Shown here piece by piece: positions 31,430-41,639 of a stretch of 64,000 nt of DNA; the stretch's first letter is position 1; each line of letters begins with the position of its first letter. The stretch lies in NCBI GenBank assembly GCA_902592345.1, contig CACJEE010000004.1, positions 1,957-65,956 of the forward strand. The letters are read 5' to 3'. Origin of the DNA: an uncultured Alphaproteobacteria bacterium. GTDB taxonomy: Bacteria; Pseudomonadota; Alphaproteobacteria; HIMB59; GCA-002718135. A program made the position numbers and the translations under genes. Below the pieces are notes generated by a model. That model searched no databases. It was given only the letters and a program-made list of their open reading frames with translations, and had not been told where the DNA came from.

Positions 31430-31543
31430 CTTATTACACGCAAAGGTAGTAAGCAAATTAAATAAAGGAAACTTTATTTAGTTTGTATCGGGAGGAAATG
31501 CACGATACATGAAAAAGACCTAGCTTGCTGGGTCTTTTTTTTT
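31430..31543 (+). ncRNA. Candidate small RNA with four back-to-back stem-loops, family not recognised
   Basis: SL1 CTTATTAC/GTAGTAAG; SL2 14-bp stem with GAAA loop; SL3 TATCG/CGATA with loop GGAGGAAATGCA; SL4 terminator with G(CTTG)C loop and T9; G-U pairs favour the + strand. Confidence 0.7.
31512..31543 (+). terminator. Rho-independent terminator
   Basis: AAAAAGACCTAG-CTTG-CTGGGTCTTTTTTTTT. Confidence 0.88.
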
Positions 31544-31578
31544 GCCTAAAACTCACTATTTATTATAAGAGTTAATCA

Positions 31579-32160
31579 ATGGACTTTAAAAAATATAATA
31601 AAATTTTAGATATTTTTTTAAACGATCTTATACCAGAAACTAAAATCTCTGTTTCTAAAGGAAATAAAATATTTGGGGCCTTTGTATTAAATAAAATTGA
31701 TTTAAGTTTAGTCGTTACAGGTGTAAATAACGAAATAGAGAATCCAATATATCATGGAGAGATTTCTACTATAATAAATTTTTTTAAATTAAGAAATTTA
31801 AATCCAAAAGATTATTTATTTATTTCCTCTCATGAACCTTGCTCTTTATGTTTGTCTGCAATCACTTGGAGTGGTTTCGATAACTTCTATTATTTATTCC
31901 ATTATGAAGAAACTGAATCTAATTTTAATATTCCATATGATCTGAAAATTTTAAAAGAAGTCTTTAAGATTGATAAAGGTGCATATTCAAAAAATAACAC
32001 TTTCTGGCAAAGTTACTCAATTATAGAAGAAATTAAAAAACTACAAAATGCAGAAAACGATAAATTATTAGCAAAAATCAAAGAAATTAATAAACTTTAT
32101 GAGGATATATCAAATAATTATCAATCAGCAAAAAATTCAAACCATATTCCTCTAAAATAA
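31579..32160 (+). CDS. Nucleoside deaminase (cytidine/guanine deaminase superfamily)
   Basis: HGE and EPCSLC zinc motifs; GNKIFGA. Confidence 0.85.
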   Translation: MDFKKYNKILDIFLNDLIPETKISVSKGNKIFGAFVLNKIDLSLVVTGVNNEIENPIYHGEISTIINFFKLRNLNPKDYLFISSHEPCSLCLSAITWSGFDNFYYLFHYEETESNFNIPYDLKILKEVFKIDKGAYSKNNTFWQSYSIIEEIKKLQNAENDKLLAKIKEINKLYEDISNNYQSAKNSNHIPLK

Positions 32161-32193
32161 TTGAAAATATATAACAATAGTATAAATTATTAT

Positions 32194-32340
32194 TAACGGG
32201 AGATACTGTAATTTTACAGAGCCGAAGGAGCAACGACCCGGAAACTCTCAGGCAAAAAGGACCGTTAGAATAAAAAATCTGGAAAAGAGATTAATCTCTA
32301 CCGAAGGAGTAAAAACTCTCAGGTAAATATACAGAGAGGG
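32194..32340 (+). promoter_or_regulatory. Tandem glycine riboswitch
   Basis: Two aptamers, each GGARA...CCGAAGGAG...AACTCTCAGG; P1 TAACGG/CCGTTA and TCTG/CAGA; directly upstream of gcvT. Confidence 0.95.
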
Positions 32341-32356
32341 CTTAACAGGAGTCATT

Positions 32357-33469
32357 TTGACTGAAGAAGCTCTAAAAAATATTTATTTAAAAGATTTTCA
32401 TAAAAAAAATGATGCGAAGTTTGCTCCATTTGCTGGTTATGATATGCCAATTAATTACAAGAAAGGCATTATAAACGAGCACCTACATGTAAGAAATCAT
32501 ACTGGTATCTTTGATGTCTCTCATATGGGACAAATTCTTATTCCTTTTAATGAAGAAAATATTTTAGCTTTAGAAGCATACATACCTTTGAATATAAAAA
32601 AAATAATATCAAATAAATGTCACTATTCATTTATTTTAAATTCTAATGGAGGAATTGTTGATGATATTATGATTTCGAAAATTAAATTTGATAACAATGA
32701 ATTTGTATATATAGTTTATAATTCATCAAGAAAACAAATACTTAATAAAATCTTTAACGCAACTATTTCAAATTTTAAAATTTTTGAGGACAGATGTTTG
32801 ATTGCAATACAAGGACCTGAATCTTTTTCTTCTATTAATTCGATATTAAATCTACCTGCATCTATGAATTTTTTAAATATTCAAATTCTTCAATATGATG
32901 ATAACGATCTTTTTATTTCTAGATCTGGTTATACTGGTGAAGATGGTTTTGAGATATCGATATCAAATAATAAGGCAGAAAAATTAATTAGTGATATTCT
33001 TAATAATAATAATGTAATTTTATGCGGTCTAGGTTGTCGAGATTCATTAAGAGTAGAAGCTGGTCTAAGTTTGTATGGAAATGAAATAAACGAAGATATA
33101 AATCCTATACAAGCAGGTTTGTCATGGGCTTTAGATAAAAACAGATTGCAAGATCATAATTTAAATGGTTCTCAAATTTTATCAAAGGAATTAAGTTCAA
33201 TTCCATCAGTAAACAAAATAGGATTAAGTCCAATAAATAAAATCATGTTAAGAAATCAAATGACTATTCATAACAATAACAAAGAAGAAATTGGATTTAT
33301 TACGAGTGGATGTTACTCACCAATTTTAAAAAAATCCATTGGTATTGGCTATATAAATAAACTTTCAAATATTTCTGAAAAAAAATACGTTAATGTTCGT
33401 GATCAATATGAGGAAATTAAACTTGAGAAAATTCCATTTGTGAAAAAAAATTATAAAAAAGGAGATTAA
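32357..33469 (+). CDS. gcvT: Glycine cleavage system T protein (TTG start)
   Basis: FAGYDMP, FDVSHMGQ, RSGYTGEDGFEI, GLGCRDSLRVEAG. Confidence 0.95.
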   Translation: MTEEALKNIYLKDFHKKNDAKFAPFAGYDMPINYKKGIINEHLHVRNHTGIFDVSHMGQILIPFNEENILALEAYIPLNIKKIISNKCHYSFILNSNGGIVDDIMISKIKFDNNEFVYIVYNSSRKQILNKIFNATISNFKIFEDRCLIAIQGPESFSSINSILNLPASMNFLNIQILQYDDNDLFISRSGYTGEDGFEISISNNKAEKLISDILNNNNVILCGLGCRDSLRVEAGLSLYGNEINEDINPIQAGLSWALDKNRLQDHNLNGSQILSKELSSIPSVNKIGLSPINKIMLRNQMTIHNNNKEEIGFITSGCYSPILKKSIGIGYINKLSNISEKKYVNVRDQYEEIKLEKIPFVKKNYKKGD

Positions 33470-33470
33470 T

Positions 33471-33842
33471 ATGGGTGAAAAAAAATATACTGAAGAGCAT
33501 GAGTGGGTTCAGCTTAGTGGCGAAATTGCAACTGTTGGCATTACAAATCATGCTCAGGAAAGTTTAGGTGATATTGTTTTTGTGGATTTGCCCACTTTAG
33601 GTAAAGAAGTTAAAGCTAAAGAAGAATTATGTGTTATTGAATCTGTAAAAGCTGCTTCAGATATTTACTCACCTCTAGATGGTGAAGTTACAGAAATAAA
33701 TGATAATTTGTCAAACGATGCTTCTATAGTTAATCAAGATGCTGAAAATGAAGGTTGGATATTCAAAATAAAAGTATCTAATCCAGATCAATATAATACT
33801 TTGATGTCTTTAGATCAGTATTTAGAATTTTTGGATAAATAA
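33471..33842 (+). CDS. gcvH: Glycine cleavage system H protein
   Basis: HEW, GDIVFV, lipoyl ESVKAASD. Confidence 0.96.
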   Translation: MGEKKYTEEHEWVQLSGEIATVGITNHAQESLGDIVFVDLPTLGKEVKAKEELCVIESVKAASDIYSPLDGEVTEINDNLSNDASIVNQDAENEGWIFKIKVSNPDQYNTLMSLDQYLEFLDK

Positions 33843-36695
33843 ATGATCGATATAAATTCTTTTGCAAGTAGGCACATTGGACCTAGAAATGATGATATAG
33901 ACTCAATGTTAAAATTCATAAAATGTAAAAATCTTGATGAACTAATTCAAAAAACTGTCCCTGATCATATTTTATTTAAAGATAAATTAAAATTAAAACC
34001 AGGAATGTCAGAAGAATTTAATAAAGTTAATATGCAACTTTTATCATTAAAAAATAAATTTAAAAAAACATATATTGGTCTAGGTTATCATAATACTGTG
34101 ACACCAAGTGTTATTTTGAGAAATATTCTTGAAAATCCTGGTTGGTATACTGCATATACTCCATATCAGCCTGAAGTCTCTCAAGGCCGTTTAGAAATGC
34201 TAATCAACTTTCAACAAATGATAATCGATCTTACTGGATTAGATATTGCTAACGCATCTTTATTGGATGAGAGTACTGCTGCTGCAGAAGCTATGATGAT
34301 GGCATACAAGATAAAAAAAAATAAACATCATACTTTTTGTGTTCAAAATTCTTGCCACCCTCAAACTTTATCTGTTTTAAGAACAAGAGCTCATCCTCTT
34401 GGAATAAAAATTATAGAAGGCAACCCAAACGAAGATACTTTTGGTTGTTTAATACAAAATCCTGATACTTATGGAGAAATTGAAGATTTAGAAACACTTA
34501 TTAAAAGCAATAAATCTAAGGAAATTATATCCATTGTTGCCGCAGATATTATGAGTATGGTTATTATGAATTCTCCAGGTTCCTATGATGCTGATATTGT
34601 TATAGGCACTTCACAACGTTTCGGTGTTCCAATGGGATTGGGAGGACCTCATGCAGCATTTTTTGCAACTAAGGATGAATTTAAAAGATTAATGCCAGGT
34701 AGGTTAATAGGTGTATCAGTTGATAGAAACAATAAAAGATCATACAGAATGGCTCTTCAAACTCGTGAACAACACATAAGAAGAGAAAAAGCAACTAGCA
34801 ATATTTGTACTGCTCAAGCTTTATTAGCAATAATTGCCGCGGCTTATGCTATTTATCATGGACCGGAAAGGTTAATAAATATTGCGTCTACTATAAATTA
34901 CAATATTAGATATCTTAAAAAATCATTAGAAAAATTAAATTATAACATTAAATCTAATAAATATTTTGACACAATAGTCATTGAAGACTCTAAAGCTAAA
35001 GAGTGGTTTAATAAATCAGTGGAAGATGGAATTAATTTTAGACTAATTAACAACACTACATTTTCAATCACTATTGATGAAACTACAACTTTAGAAGATA
35101 TCGATAATCTAATTGCTTTTTTTAATATAACCAATAAAGAAATTGATGCTAACGAAATTGAAATGAATCTTGACCCTATTTTTAATGATGAAAAAATTCT
35201 TAGAAAAGATAAAATATTATCCCATCCAATATTTAATATTTATCATTCTGAGACAGAAATGATGCGTTATCTAAAAAAATTAGAAAATAAAGATATTGCA
35301 CTAAATAGATCAATGATTCCTCTTGGTTCATGTACTATGAAATTAAATGCAGCCTCAGAAATGTTACCAATAACGTTACCAGGATTTGCAAACGCCCATC
35401 CTTTTTTAGAAAAACAACAAAGAGAGGGTTATAATCAAATGATGAGAGAGTTAATATCTATGCTCAAAGATATAACAGGATTTGATGCAATATCATTGCA
35501 ACCAAATGCAGGAGCTCAAGGTGAATTTGCAGGATTACTTGCAATTAAAAAATTTCATGAATCTAATAATGAGTATGATAGAAATATATGTCTAATACCT
35601 AATAGTGCTCATGGTACTAATCCAGCAAGTGCACAGATGTGTGGTATGGAAGTATCTATTGTTAAATGTGATGATTTAGGAAACGTAGATTTAAATCACT
35701 TGGACCTCAAAATTAAAGAAGCTGGAAATAAATTAGCAGCTTTGATGATTACTTATCCATCTACACATGGAGTATTTGAAGAATCAATATCAATAATTTG
35801 TGAAGCTATTCATAATGCTGGTGGTCAAGTTTATATGGATGGTGCGAATTTAAATGCAATGGTAGGAATTGCAAAACCTGGAAAATTTGGTCCTGATGTT
35901 TCTCATATGAATCTTCATAAAACTTTTTGCATTCCGCATGGAGGAGGTGGTCCTGGCATGGGCCCTATTGGAGTCAAATCACATCTAGAGAATTTTTTAC
36001 CAGGACATCCGATTGTTAATAATGAACTTGGATTAACAGCACTTGACGCGGTTTCTGCCGCGCCATGGGGAAGCCCTTCAATTTTACCTATTTCTTATTC
36101 ATATATTTCAATGATGGGAGATGAAGGATTAAAATTAGCTACACAAATAGCTATTTTAAATGCCAATTATATAAAAGAAAAATTAAGTGATTACTTTACT
36201 CTTTTATATTCTGGTAAAAACGGAATGGTCGCTCATGAGTGCATAATTGATATTCGTCCAATCAAAGATGAATTAAATATATCTGAAGAAGATATTGCAA
36301 AAAGACTTATCGATTATGGTTTCCATGCTCCAACAATGTCCTTTCCTGTTCCAGGAACTTTAATGATCGAACCCACTGAAAGTGAATCAAAGGAAGAAAT
36401 TGATAGATTTTGTACAGCTATGATTTCTATACATGATGAAATTCAAAAAATTCGAGATGGCACTTATGATGCAGAAGATAATCCAATAAAAAACTCTCCA
36501 CACACAATAGAGGAAGTTTCAGCAGATGAATGGAGTCATAAATATACAAGAGCGGAGGCAGTTTATCCTCATTCTTACTTATACAATAATAAATATTGGC
36601 CACCTGTTGCAAGAATAGATAATGTATTTGGTGATAGAAATCTTTTTTGTGTATGCCCACCTATTGAAGAATATGAAGATGTATCCAATGCATAA
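33843..36695 (+). CDS. gcvP: Glycine dehydrogenase (single-chain P protein)
   Basis: [42 protein letters not shown]. Confidence 0.96.
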   Translation: MIDINSFASRHIGPRNDDIDSMLKFIKCKNLDELIQKTVPDHILFKDKLKLKPGMSEEFNKVNMQLLSLKNKFKKTYIGLGYHNTVTPSVILRNILENPGWYTAYTPYQPEVSQGRLEMLINFQQMIIDLTGLDIANASLLDESTAAAEAMMMAYKIKKNKHHTFCVQNSCHPQTLSVLRTRAHPLGIKIIEGNPNEDTFGCLIQNPDTYGEIEDLETLIKSNKSKEIISIVAADIMSMVIMNSPGSYDADIVIGTSQRFGVPMGLGGPHAAFFATKDEFKRLMPGRLIGVSVDRNNKRSYRMALQTREQHIRREKATSNICTAQALLAIIAAAYAIYHGPERLINIASTINYNIRYLKKSLEKLNYNIKSNKYFDTIVIEDSKAKEWFNKSVEDGINFRLINNTTFSITIDETTTLEDIDNLIAFFNITNKEIDANEIEMNLDPIFNDEKILRKDKILSHPIFNIYHSETEMMRYLKKLENKDIALNRSMIPLGSCTMKLNAASEMLPITLPGFANAHPFLEKQQREGYNQMMRELISMLKDITGFDAISLQPNAGAQGEFAGLLAIKKFHESNNEYDRNICLIPNSAHGTNPASAQMCGMEVSIVKCDDLGNVDLNHLDLKIKEAGNKLAALMITYPSTHGVFEESISIICEAIHNAGGQVYMDGANLNAMVGIAKPGKFGPDVSHMNLHKTFCIPHGGGGPGMGPIGVKSHLENFLPGHPIVNNELGLTALDAVSAAPWGSPSILPISYSYISMMGDEGLKLATQIAILNANYIKEKLSDYFTLLYSGKNGMVAHECIIDIRPIKDELNISEEDIAKRLIDYGFHAPTMSFPVPGTLMIEPTESESKEEIDRFCTAMISIHDEIQKIRDGTYDAEDNPIKNSPHTIEEVSADEWSHKYTRAEAVYPHSYLYNNKYWPPVARIDNVFGDRNLFCVCPPIEEYEDVSNA

Positions 36696-36699
36696 CTAA

Positions 36700-37728
36700 A
36701 TGATTTATTTAAATTTACTTTTAGTTTTTATATGTATTGTATTTATTCATGAATTTGGTCATTATCTTTTTGCAAGAATATTTAAAGCTGAAGTTACAGA
36801 CTTTTCCATTGGTTTTGGAAAACCATTATTACAATTCAAGGATAAAAATAATACTGTTTGGAAAATTTCACCTATCCCTCTTGGAGGTTATGTAAAAATC
36901 AAAGGCCTTGATTCAGTTTTTCAAAAAAATCAAAATCAGGAACCTGGCTCTTTTCAATCACTAAAACTTTATCAAAAAATATTTATTCTTCTCGCTGGTA
37001 GTTTTTTTAATATATTCTCTGCTTGGATAGCTTTATTTAGTATATTCTTTTTTTTTGGAATTGCTTCATTTGCTCCAATAATAGGTAAAGTTTTGGAAAA
37101 TTCTTCTGCTGAAGAAAATGATTTACGAGTTAATGATATTATTATTTCTGTTAATGATAGTCAAATATATGAGTTTAGTGATATTCCTAAAGCTTTAGGT
37201 AATAGCAAATATATCTCAATATTAATTCAAAGAAATAATGAACTCATAGAAAAGAATTTTGAACTAAATTTTAATAAAGAAATAAATAGATTTGTTATCG
37301 GAATATCAAGTAATAGTGAGCCTGTTGTTGATCAATTTAATTTATATGAATCAATCCAACAATCTTTATTATTCATTCCAACTTACTATTCTGCATCTAT
37401 AAATTTTTTAAGGCAATCTTATCAAGATAATACTCTACAGGAACAGTTAGCTGGACCAGTAGGAATTGTTAAAATGGCTGATCAAATGATGTTAGATAAA
37501 CTAAGAGGAGTAATATTTTTATTTATTGTAATTTCTTTATTTGTAGGTGTTTTTAATCTTTTACCCATTCCTCTTCTTGATGGAGGGCATATTGTTTACT
37601 TTATCATAAGTAAGATTTTTGCAAATTCCCTTCCTGAACTTGTAACTAGAATTTATATTACAACTGGATTAACAATTATATCTTTTTTATTTATTTTTGT
37701 TACATTTAACGATATTTTTTATAAATAA
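36700..37728 (+). CDS. rseP: M50 intramembrane metalloprotease with PDZ domain
   Basis: HEFGH, FSIGFG, PLGGYV, NLLPIPLLDGGH. Confidence 0.85.
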   Translation: MIYLNLLLVFICIVFIHEFGHYLFARIFKAEVTDFSIGFGKPLLQFKDKNNTVWKISPIPLGGYVKIKGLDSVFQKNQNQEPGSFQSLKLYQKIFILLAGSFFNIFSAWIALFSIFFFFGIASFAPIIGKVLENSSAEENDLRVNDIIISVNDSQIYEFSDIPKALGNSKYISILIQRNNELIEKNFELNFNKEINRFVIGISSNSEPVVDQFNLYESIQQSLLFIPTYYSASINFLRQSYQDNTLQEQLAGPVGIVKMADQMMLDKLRGVIFLFIVISLFVGVFNLLPIPLLDGGHIVYFIISKIFANSLPELVTRIYITTGLTIISFLFIFVTFNDIFYK

Positions 37729-37738
37729 TTTTAATGAA

Positions 37739-38125
37739 ATGAGTGATATGTCAAATTTTAATAAAGTAAAAACTTTTATGAATACCTATGGTCAGGAAGT
37801 AAAAAATACTCCCGAATTTCCTGACTCTAAAATTGTTCAATTAAGGATAGATTTAATTCAGGAAGAATTAAATGAATTAAAAGAAGCTATCAATAATAAC
37901 GATATTATTGAAGTAGCTGATGCTTTAACTGATATACTTTATGTTACATATGGAGCTGGGCATTCTTTTGGCGTTGATCTAGATAGTTGCTTTAATGAAG
38001 TTCAGAATTCAAATATGAGTAAATTAGGAGATGATGGAAAACCAATTTACAATGAGTCTGGTAAGGTAATGAAAGGACCAAATTATTTTAAACCAAACAT
38101 TAAAAAAATTATTGGATTAGAGTAA
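37739..38125 (+). CDS. MazG-like nucleoside triphosphate pyrophosphohydrolase family protein
   Basis: LIQEELNEL, EVADALTDILYV, SNMSK, GKVMKGPNY; start 37739 or 37748. Confidence 0.85.
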   Translation: MSDMSNFNKVKTFMNTYGQEVKNTPEFPDSKIVQLRIDLIQEELNELKEAINNNDIIEVADALTDILYVTYGAGHSFGVDLDSCFNEVQNSNMSKLGDDGKPIYNESGKVMKGPNYFKPNIKKIIGLE

Positions 38126-39277
38126 ATTTAAGGAATTCTCTAATGCAGTTTTTAAATCTTCTGGATCTTCAATACCAATTGACAATCTTACCAGAGAATC
38201 ACTAATTCCAAGCTCATCTCTTATATTTTTATTAATGGAAGCATGAGTCATTATTGCTGGATGTTCTATTAAACTTTCAACACCTCCCAGACTTTCGGCT
38301 AAAGTAAAAATTTCTATATTTTCTAAAAATTTGAGTGTGCTCTTTAAGTCTGTATCTAATTCAATAGATATAATACCTCCGTAACCATTCATCTGTGATG
38401 TTGCTAATTCATAATTAGGATCTGATTTTAAACCAGGGTATCTAACTGTTTTTATCTTTGGGTGATTTTGTAGAAATTCACTAATTAACATAGCATTTGA
38501 ATTGTGTCTCTCCATCCTAACACCTAGTGTTTTTATGCTACGAATTAATAAATAACAGTCAAAAGGAGAGGGGACTGAGCCAACAGCATTTTGTAAATAT
38601 TTAATTTTTTTAGTTAGCTGTAGGTCATCTTTAATAACTATTGCCCCACCAATTAAGTCTGAATGACCGCCAAGATATTTTGTTGACGAATGCAATACAA
38701 CATCAGCTCCCATAGTTAATGGTTGTTGATTATAAGGAGAAGCAAAAGTATTATCACAAACAATTTTTATATTTTCATTAGAAATTTCAGATTTTATTTT
38801 TTTTATATCAACGATTTTTAAGAGGGGATTTGAAGGCGTCTCAATCCAAATCATTTTTGTATTGTTTTTTATTAAACCAGGCCAATTATTTTCTTTATTA
38901 AAGTCAGTATAAGTGATTTCAATATTTTGATTTACACTTTTAACTTTATCAAAAATTCTTCTTGTCCCTCCGTAAACATCATCAGAACAAATAATATGAA
39001 AATCTTTATCTAATGCATCTGTTAAACAATTAATAGCAGCCATACCCGATGAAAAAGCAAATGCGTATTCGCCTTCTTCTATTTCGGCTAATAATTTTTC
39101 TAAAATTTCTCTAGTAGGATTGTTAGTCCTTGCATATTCATACTTAAAATCACCCGGACTTTTTTGCTTAAAAGTTGAAGATAAATGAATTGGCGGCATT
39201 ACTGCTCCAGTTTCTTTATCTTCTTTATGTCCACTATGGATAACTTTTGTATTAAATAATCTTTTCTTTTGAACCAT
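38117..39277 (-). CDS. Cystathionine gamma-lyase/synthase (MccB/MetB-like)
   Basis: YEYARTNNPTR, FSSGMAA, ETPSNP, HSSTKYLGGHSD, LAESLGGVESL. Confidence 0.85.
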   Translation of the reverse strand: MVQKKRLFNTKVIHSGHKEDKETGAVMPPIHLSSTFKQKSPGDFKYEYARTNNPTREILEKLLAEIEEGEYAFAFSSGMAAINCLTDALDKDFHIICSDDVYGGTRRIFDKVKSVNQNIEITYTDFNKENNWPGLIKNNTKMIWIETPSNPLLKIVDIKKIKSEISNENIKIVCDNTFASPYNQQPLTMGADVVLHSSTKYLGGHSDLIGGAIVIKDDLQLTKKIKYLQNAVGSVPSPFDCYLLIRSIKTLGVRMERHNSNAMLISEFLQNHPKIKTVRYPGLKSDPNYELATSQMNGYGGIISIELDTDLKSTLKFLENIEIFTLAESLGGVESLIEHPAIMTHASINKNIRDELGISDSLVRLSIGIEDPEDLKTALENSLNLL

Positions 39278-39279
39278 AT

Positions 39280-40278
39280 TTATAACCAATCTGGAATAGG
39301 TAAATTATTATCATTTAAAAAATCCTTATTAAACATTTTTTCATAATATTTATTTGCATCATCACATAGAATAGTGACTATTGTATTACCTGGACCTAAT
39401 TCTTTCGCCATTTTGATTGCACCCATTACATTTACCCCAGAACTAGTTCCAAGGAACAAACCATCAGTTTTTATTAATTTATAGAGTATTTCTAAACATT
39501 CTTTATCATCAACATAATATGACATATCTACTGAACAGTTTTCTAAATTTTTGGTAATTCTTGCTTGTCCTATACCCTCAGTAAATGAAGGTTCTCCTTT
39601 TTTTTCTAACTTACCTCTAGTAAAATAATTGTACATGGATGAACCTTGTGAGTCTGTGCAGGCTATTTTAATGTTTTTATTTTTTGATTTTAGACCAATT
39701 CCAACTCCTGTTAATGTTCCTCCAGTTCCAATAGAGCAAGTAAATCCATCAATTTTGCCATCAGTTTGATGAAAAATTTCAGAAGCAGTTGTGTTTTGAT
39801 GAAATTTATAATTCGATATATTTTCAAATTGTCCGGCCCAAAATGTTTTTACGCCTCTTTCTTTTTCTATTTCTTTTGCTAATTTTTCAGAGACTCTCTG
39901 ATAATTTCCTGGATCAGAAAAAGGTTTAGGGTCTACTAAATGTAGTTCCGCTCCCATATTTGTTAATATATCTCTTTTTGATGGAGCGGTTATATTTGGC
40001 ATAACTATAACAGTTTTGTAACCTTTAGCGTTGTTAACAAGAGTCAAGCCTATGCCAGTATTACCAAAAGTACCCTCTACGCATATTCCATTTGGTTCAA
40101 TTAAATTATTTTTTTCAGCATCTAAGATTATGCCAAGTGCAGTTCTGTCTTTAATAGATCCACCAGGATTAAGAAATTCAGCTTTTCCATAAATTTCGCA
40201 GTTTGTTATTTCAGATGGATATTTAAGTTTAATTAATGGAGTGTTGCCTATTAAATCAATAATATTATTTGTTAGCAT
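39280..40278 (-). CDS. Cysteine synthase / O-acetylserine-dependent cystathionine beta-synthase family PLP enzyme
   Basis: [29 protein letters not shown]; atypical EGTFGNTG loop. Confidence 0.85.
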   Translation of the reverse strand: MLTNNIIDLIGNTPLIKLKYPSEITNCEIYGKAEFLNPGGSIKDRTALGIILDAEKNNLIEPNGICVEGTFGNTGIGLTLVNNAKGYKTVIVMPNITAPSKRDILTNMGAELHLVDPKPFSDPGNYQRVSEKLAKEIEKERGVKTFWAGQFENISNYKFHQNTTASEIFHQTDGKIDGFTCSIGTGGTLTGVGIGLKSKNKNIKIACTDSQGSSMYNYFTRGKLEKKGEPSFTEGIGQARITKNLENCSVDMSYYVDDKECLEILYKLIKTDGLFLGTSSGVNVMGAIKMAKELGPGNTIVTILCDDANKYYEKMFNKDFLNDNNLPIPDWL

Positions 40279-40840
40279 CAATGTCTCTTACACCATAAGG
40301 TTTAAAACTCGTATCTGAATTTGTGCTTATATTTTTAGCAGGATTGCCGACCATTGTTGCGTTTTCAGGCACATCTTTTAAAATTACTGTATTAGCTCCT
40401 ATTCTTGAACCTTCTCCAACAGTAATAGGTCCTAATATTTGAGCACTTGAACCAACAATAACATTATTTAATAAAGTTGGATGTCTTTTACTATTTCTCT
40501 GGTCTTTTGAATTTTCTGCTGGTGATATACCTCCTAAAGTAACTCCATGGTAAAGTGTAACATTATCACCTATTTCAGAACTTTCTCCAATCACCACACC
40601 CATTCCATGGTCTATAAATAAATTTTTGCCAATTTTTGCACCTGGATGTATTTCTATTCCAGTTAAAAAACGACTAAATTGAGAAATTATTCTAGCAATT
40701 AAATAAAATTTATATTTCCATATTTTGTTAGCTAAATGATGAAAAAAAACTGCTTTTACACCTGGATAAGTTAATATTATGCTGAGTTTATCACGAGCAG
40801 CTGGATCTCTTTTAATTATTGAATCTAAAAAACTATTCAT
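40265..40840 (-). CDS. cysE: Serine O-acetyltransferase
   Basis: [37 protein letters not shown]. Confidence 0.93.
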   Translation of the reverse strand: MNSFLDSIIKRDPAARDKLSIILTYPGVKAVFFHHLANKIWKYKFYLIARIISQFSRFLTGIEIHPGAKIGKNLFIDHGMGVVIGESSEIGDNVTLYHGVTLGGISPAENSKDQRNSKRHPTLLNNVIVGSSAQILGPITVGEGSRIGANTVILKDVPENATMVGNPAKNISTNSDTSFKPYGVRDIDANK

Positions 40841-41561
40841 ATTTTTTTATTGAGCGTCCCCAGCATATAACTGCAAAATATATAGAAGTTAATACCCAAA
40901 TTATAAAAATAATAGTGCTATCAAACATAAAAATTTTAGAGGAGGGTGTTGTAACTAATTTCAAAGTTGTTGCTGACCATATAATCGTAAAAAAGATTGT
41001 TAAATTTCTTAATTCCCTAACTCGTAAGGGATGAACAAATTTAATTGGAACAAACGTTAAAAATAAACAAATAATTATTACCGCAGCATTGATGTATTCA
41101 TTTGTTCCTAATATAAAAAAATATAATACTACTATATTCCATACAGCTGGAAATCCTCTAAAGTAATAATCTTCAGTTTTCATTTGAAGATTTGCAAAAG
41201 TAAAAAGAGATACTAAAAAAATAGCTGCGGGTAGAATGACTTCTAATATTCCAGGAACCATGCCAAACCAGTAAATCATTAGACTAGGAATGATCACATA
41301 ATTCAAATAGTCAATGACACTATCTAAAATTGTACCATCAATATTAGGTGTTTGCTCAGTGACATTAACTTTTCTAGCTAAAGTTCCATCTAAACCATCT
41401 ATTAATAAAGCTAATCCTAACCATAAAAATGCACCTACGGCATCACTGTTTAAAATAGCAATAATTGCTAAAAATCCCAAAACTGCGCCAGAACCTGTAA
41501 ATCCATGTACTGCCCAAGCTGCTATTTTGTTTTTATTTAATTTATCTAAATTTAGAAACAT
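40833..41561 (-). CDS. pcs: Phosphatidylcholine synthase
   Basis: [14 protein letters not shown]-alcohol motif DGLDGTLAR...[22 protein letters not shown]. Confidence 0.85.
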   Translation of the reverse strand: MFLNLDKLNKNKIAAWAVHGFTGSGAVLGFLAIIAILNSDAVGAFLWLGLALLIDGLDGTLARKVNVTEQTPNIDGTILDSVIDYLNYVIIPSLMIYWFGMVPGILEVILPAAIFLVSLFTFANLQMKTEDYYFRGFPAVWNIVVLYFFILGTNEYINAAVIIICLFLTFVPIKFVHPLRVRELRNLTIFFTIIWSATTLKLVTTPSSKIFMFDSTIIFIIWVLTSIYFAVICWGRSIKKYE

Positions 41562-41639
41562 TAAAAATTTATATCATTATATACAAAAAATGTTTGATAA
41601 TTTTATATTTATTTGAAGAATCAAATGATATTTTAAATT

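Noticed and set aside
31335-31430. Replication origin at the DnaA-like boxes
   Set aside because: Only two imperfect boxes, no hemE/parAB/dnaA context, and GC skew could not be computed
31438-31485. c-di-GMP-I riboswitch (GCAAA...GAAA stem and ACGCAAAG)
   Set aside because: The elements are in the wrong order, GCAAA is fully paired, and there is no P1 or tetraloop-receptor arm
31490-31498. Minus-strand alpha-r8/MmgR sRNA (UUUCCUCCC)
   Set aside because: On the minus strand the G-U pairs become A-C mismatches, and both promoter and terminator point to the + strand
31498-31523. Mini-ORFs MHDT* and MKKT* after GGAGG as leader peptides
   Set aside because: SD spacing is 2 or 13 nt, each has only four codons, and there is no regulatory codon run or clear antiterminator
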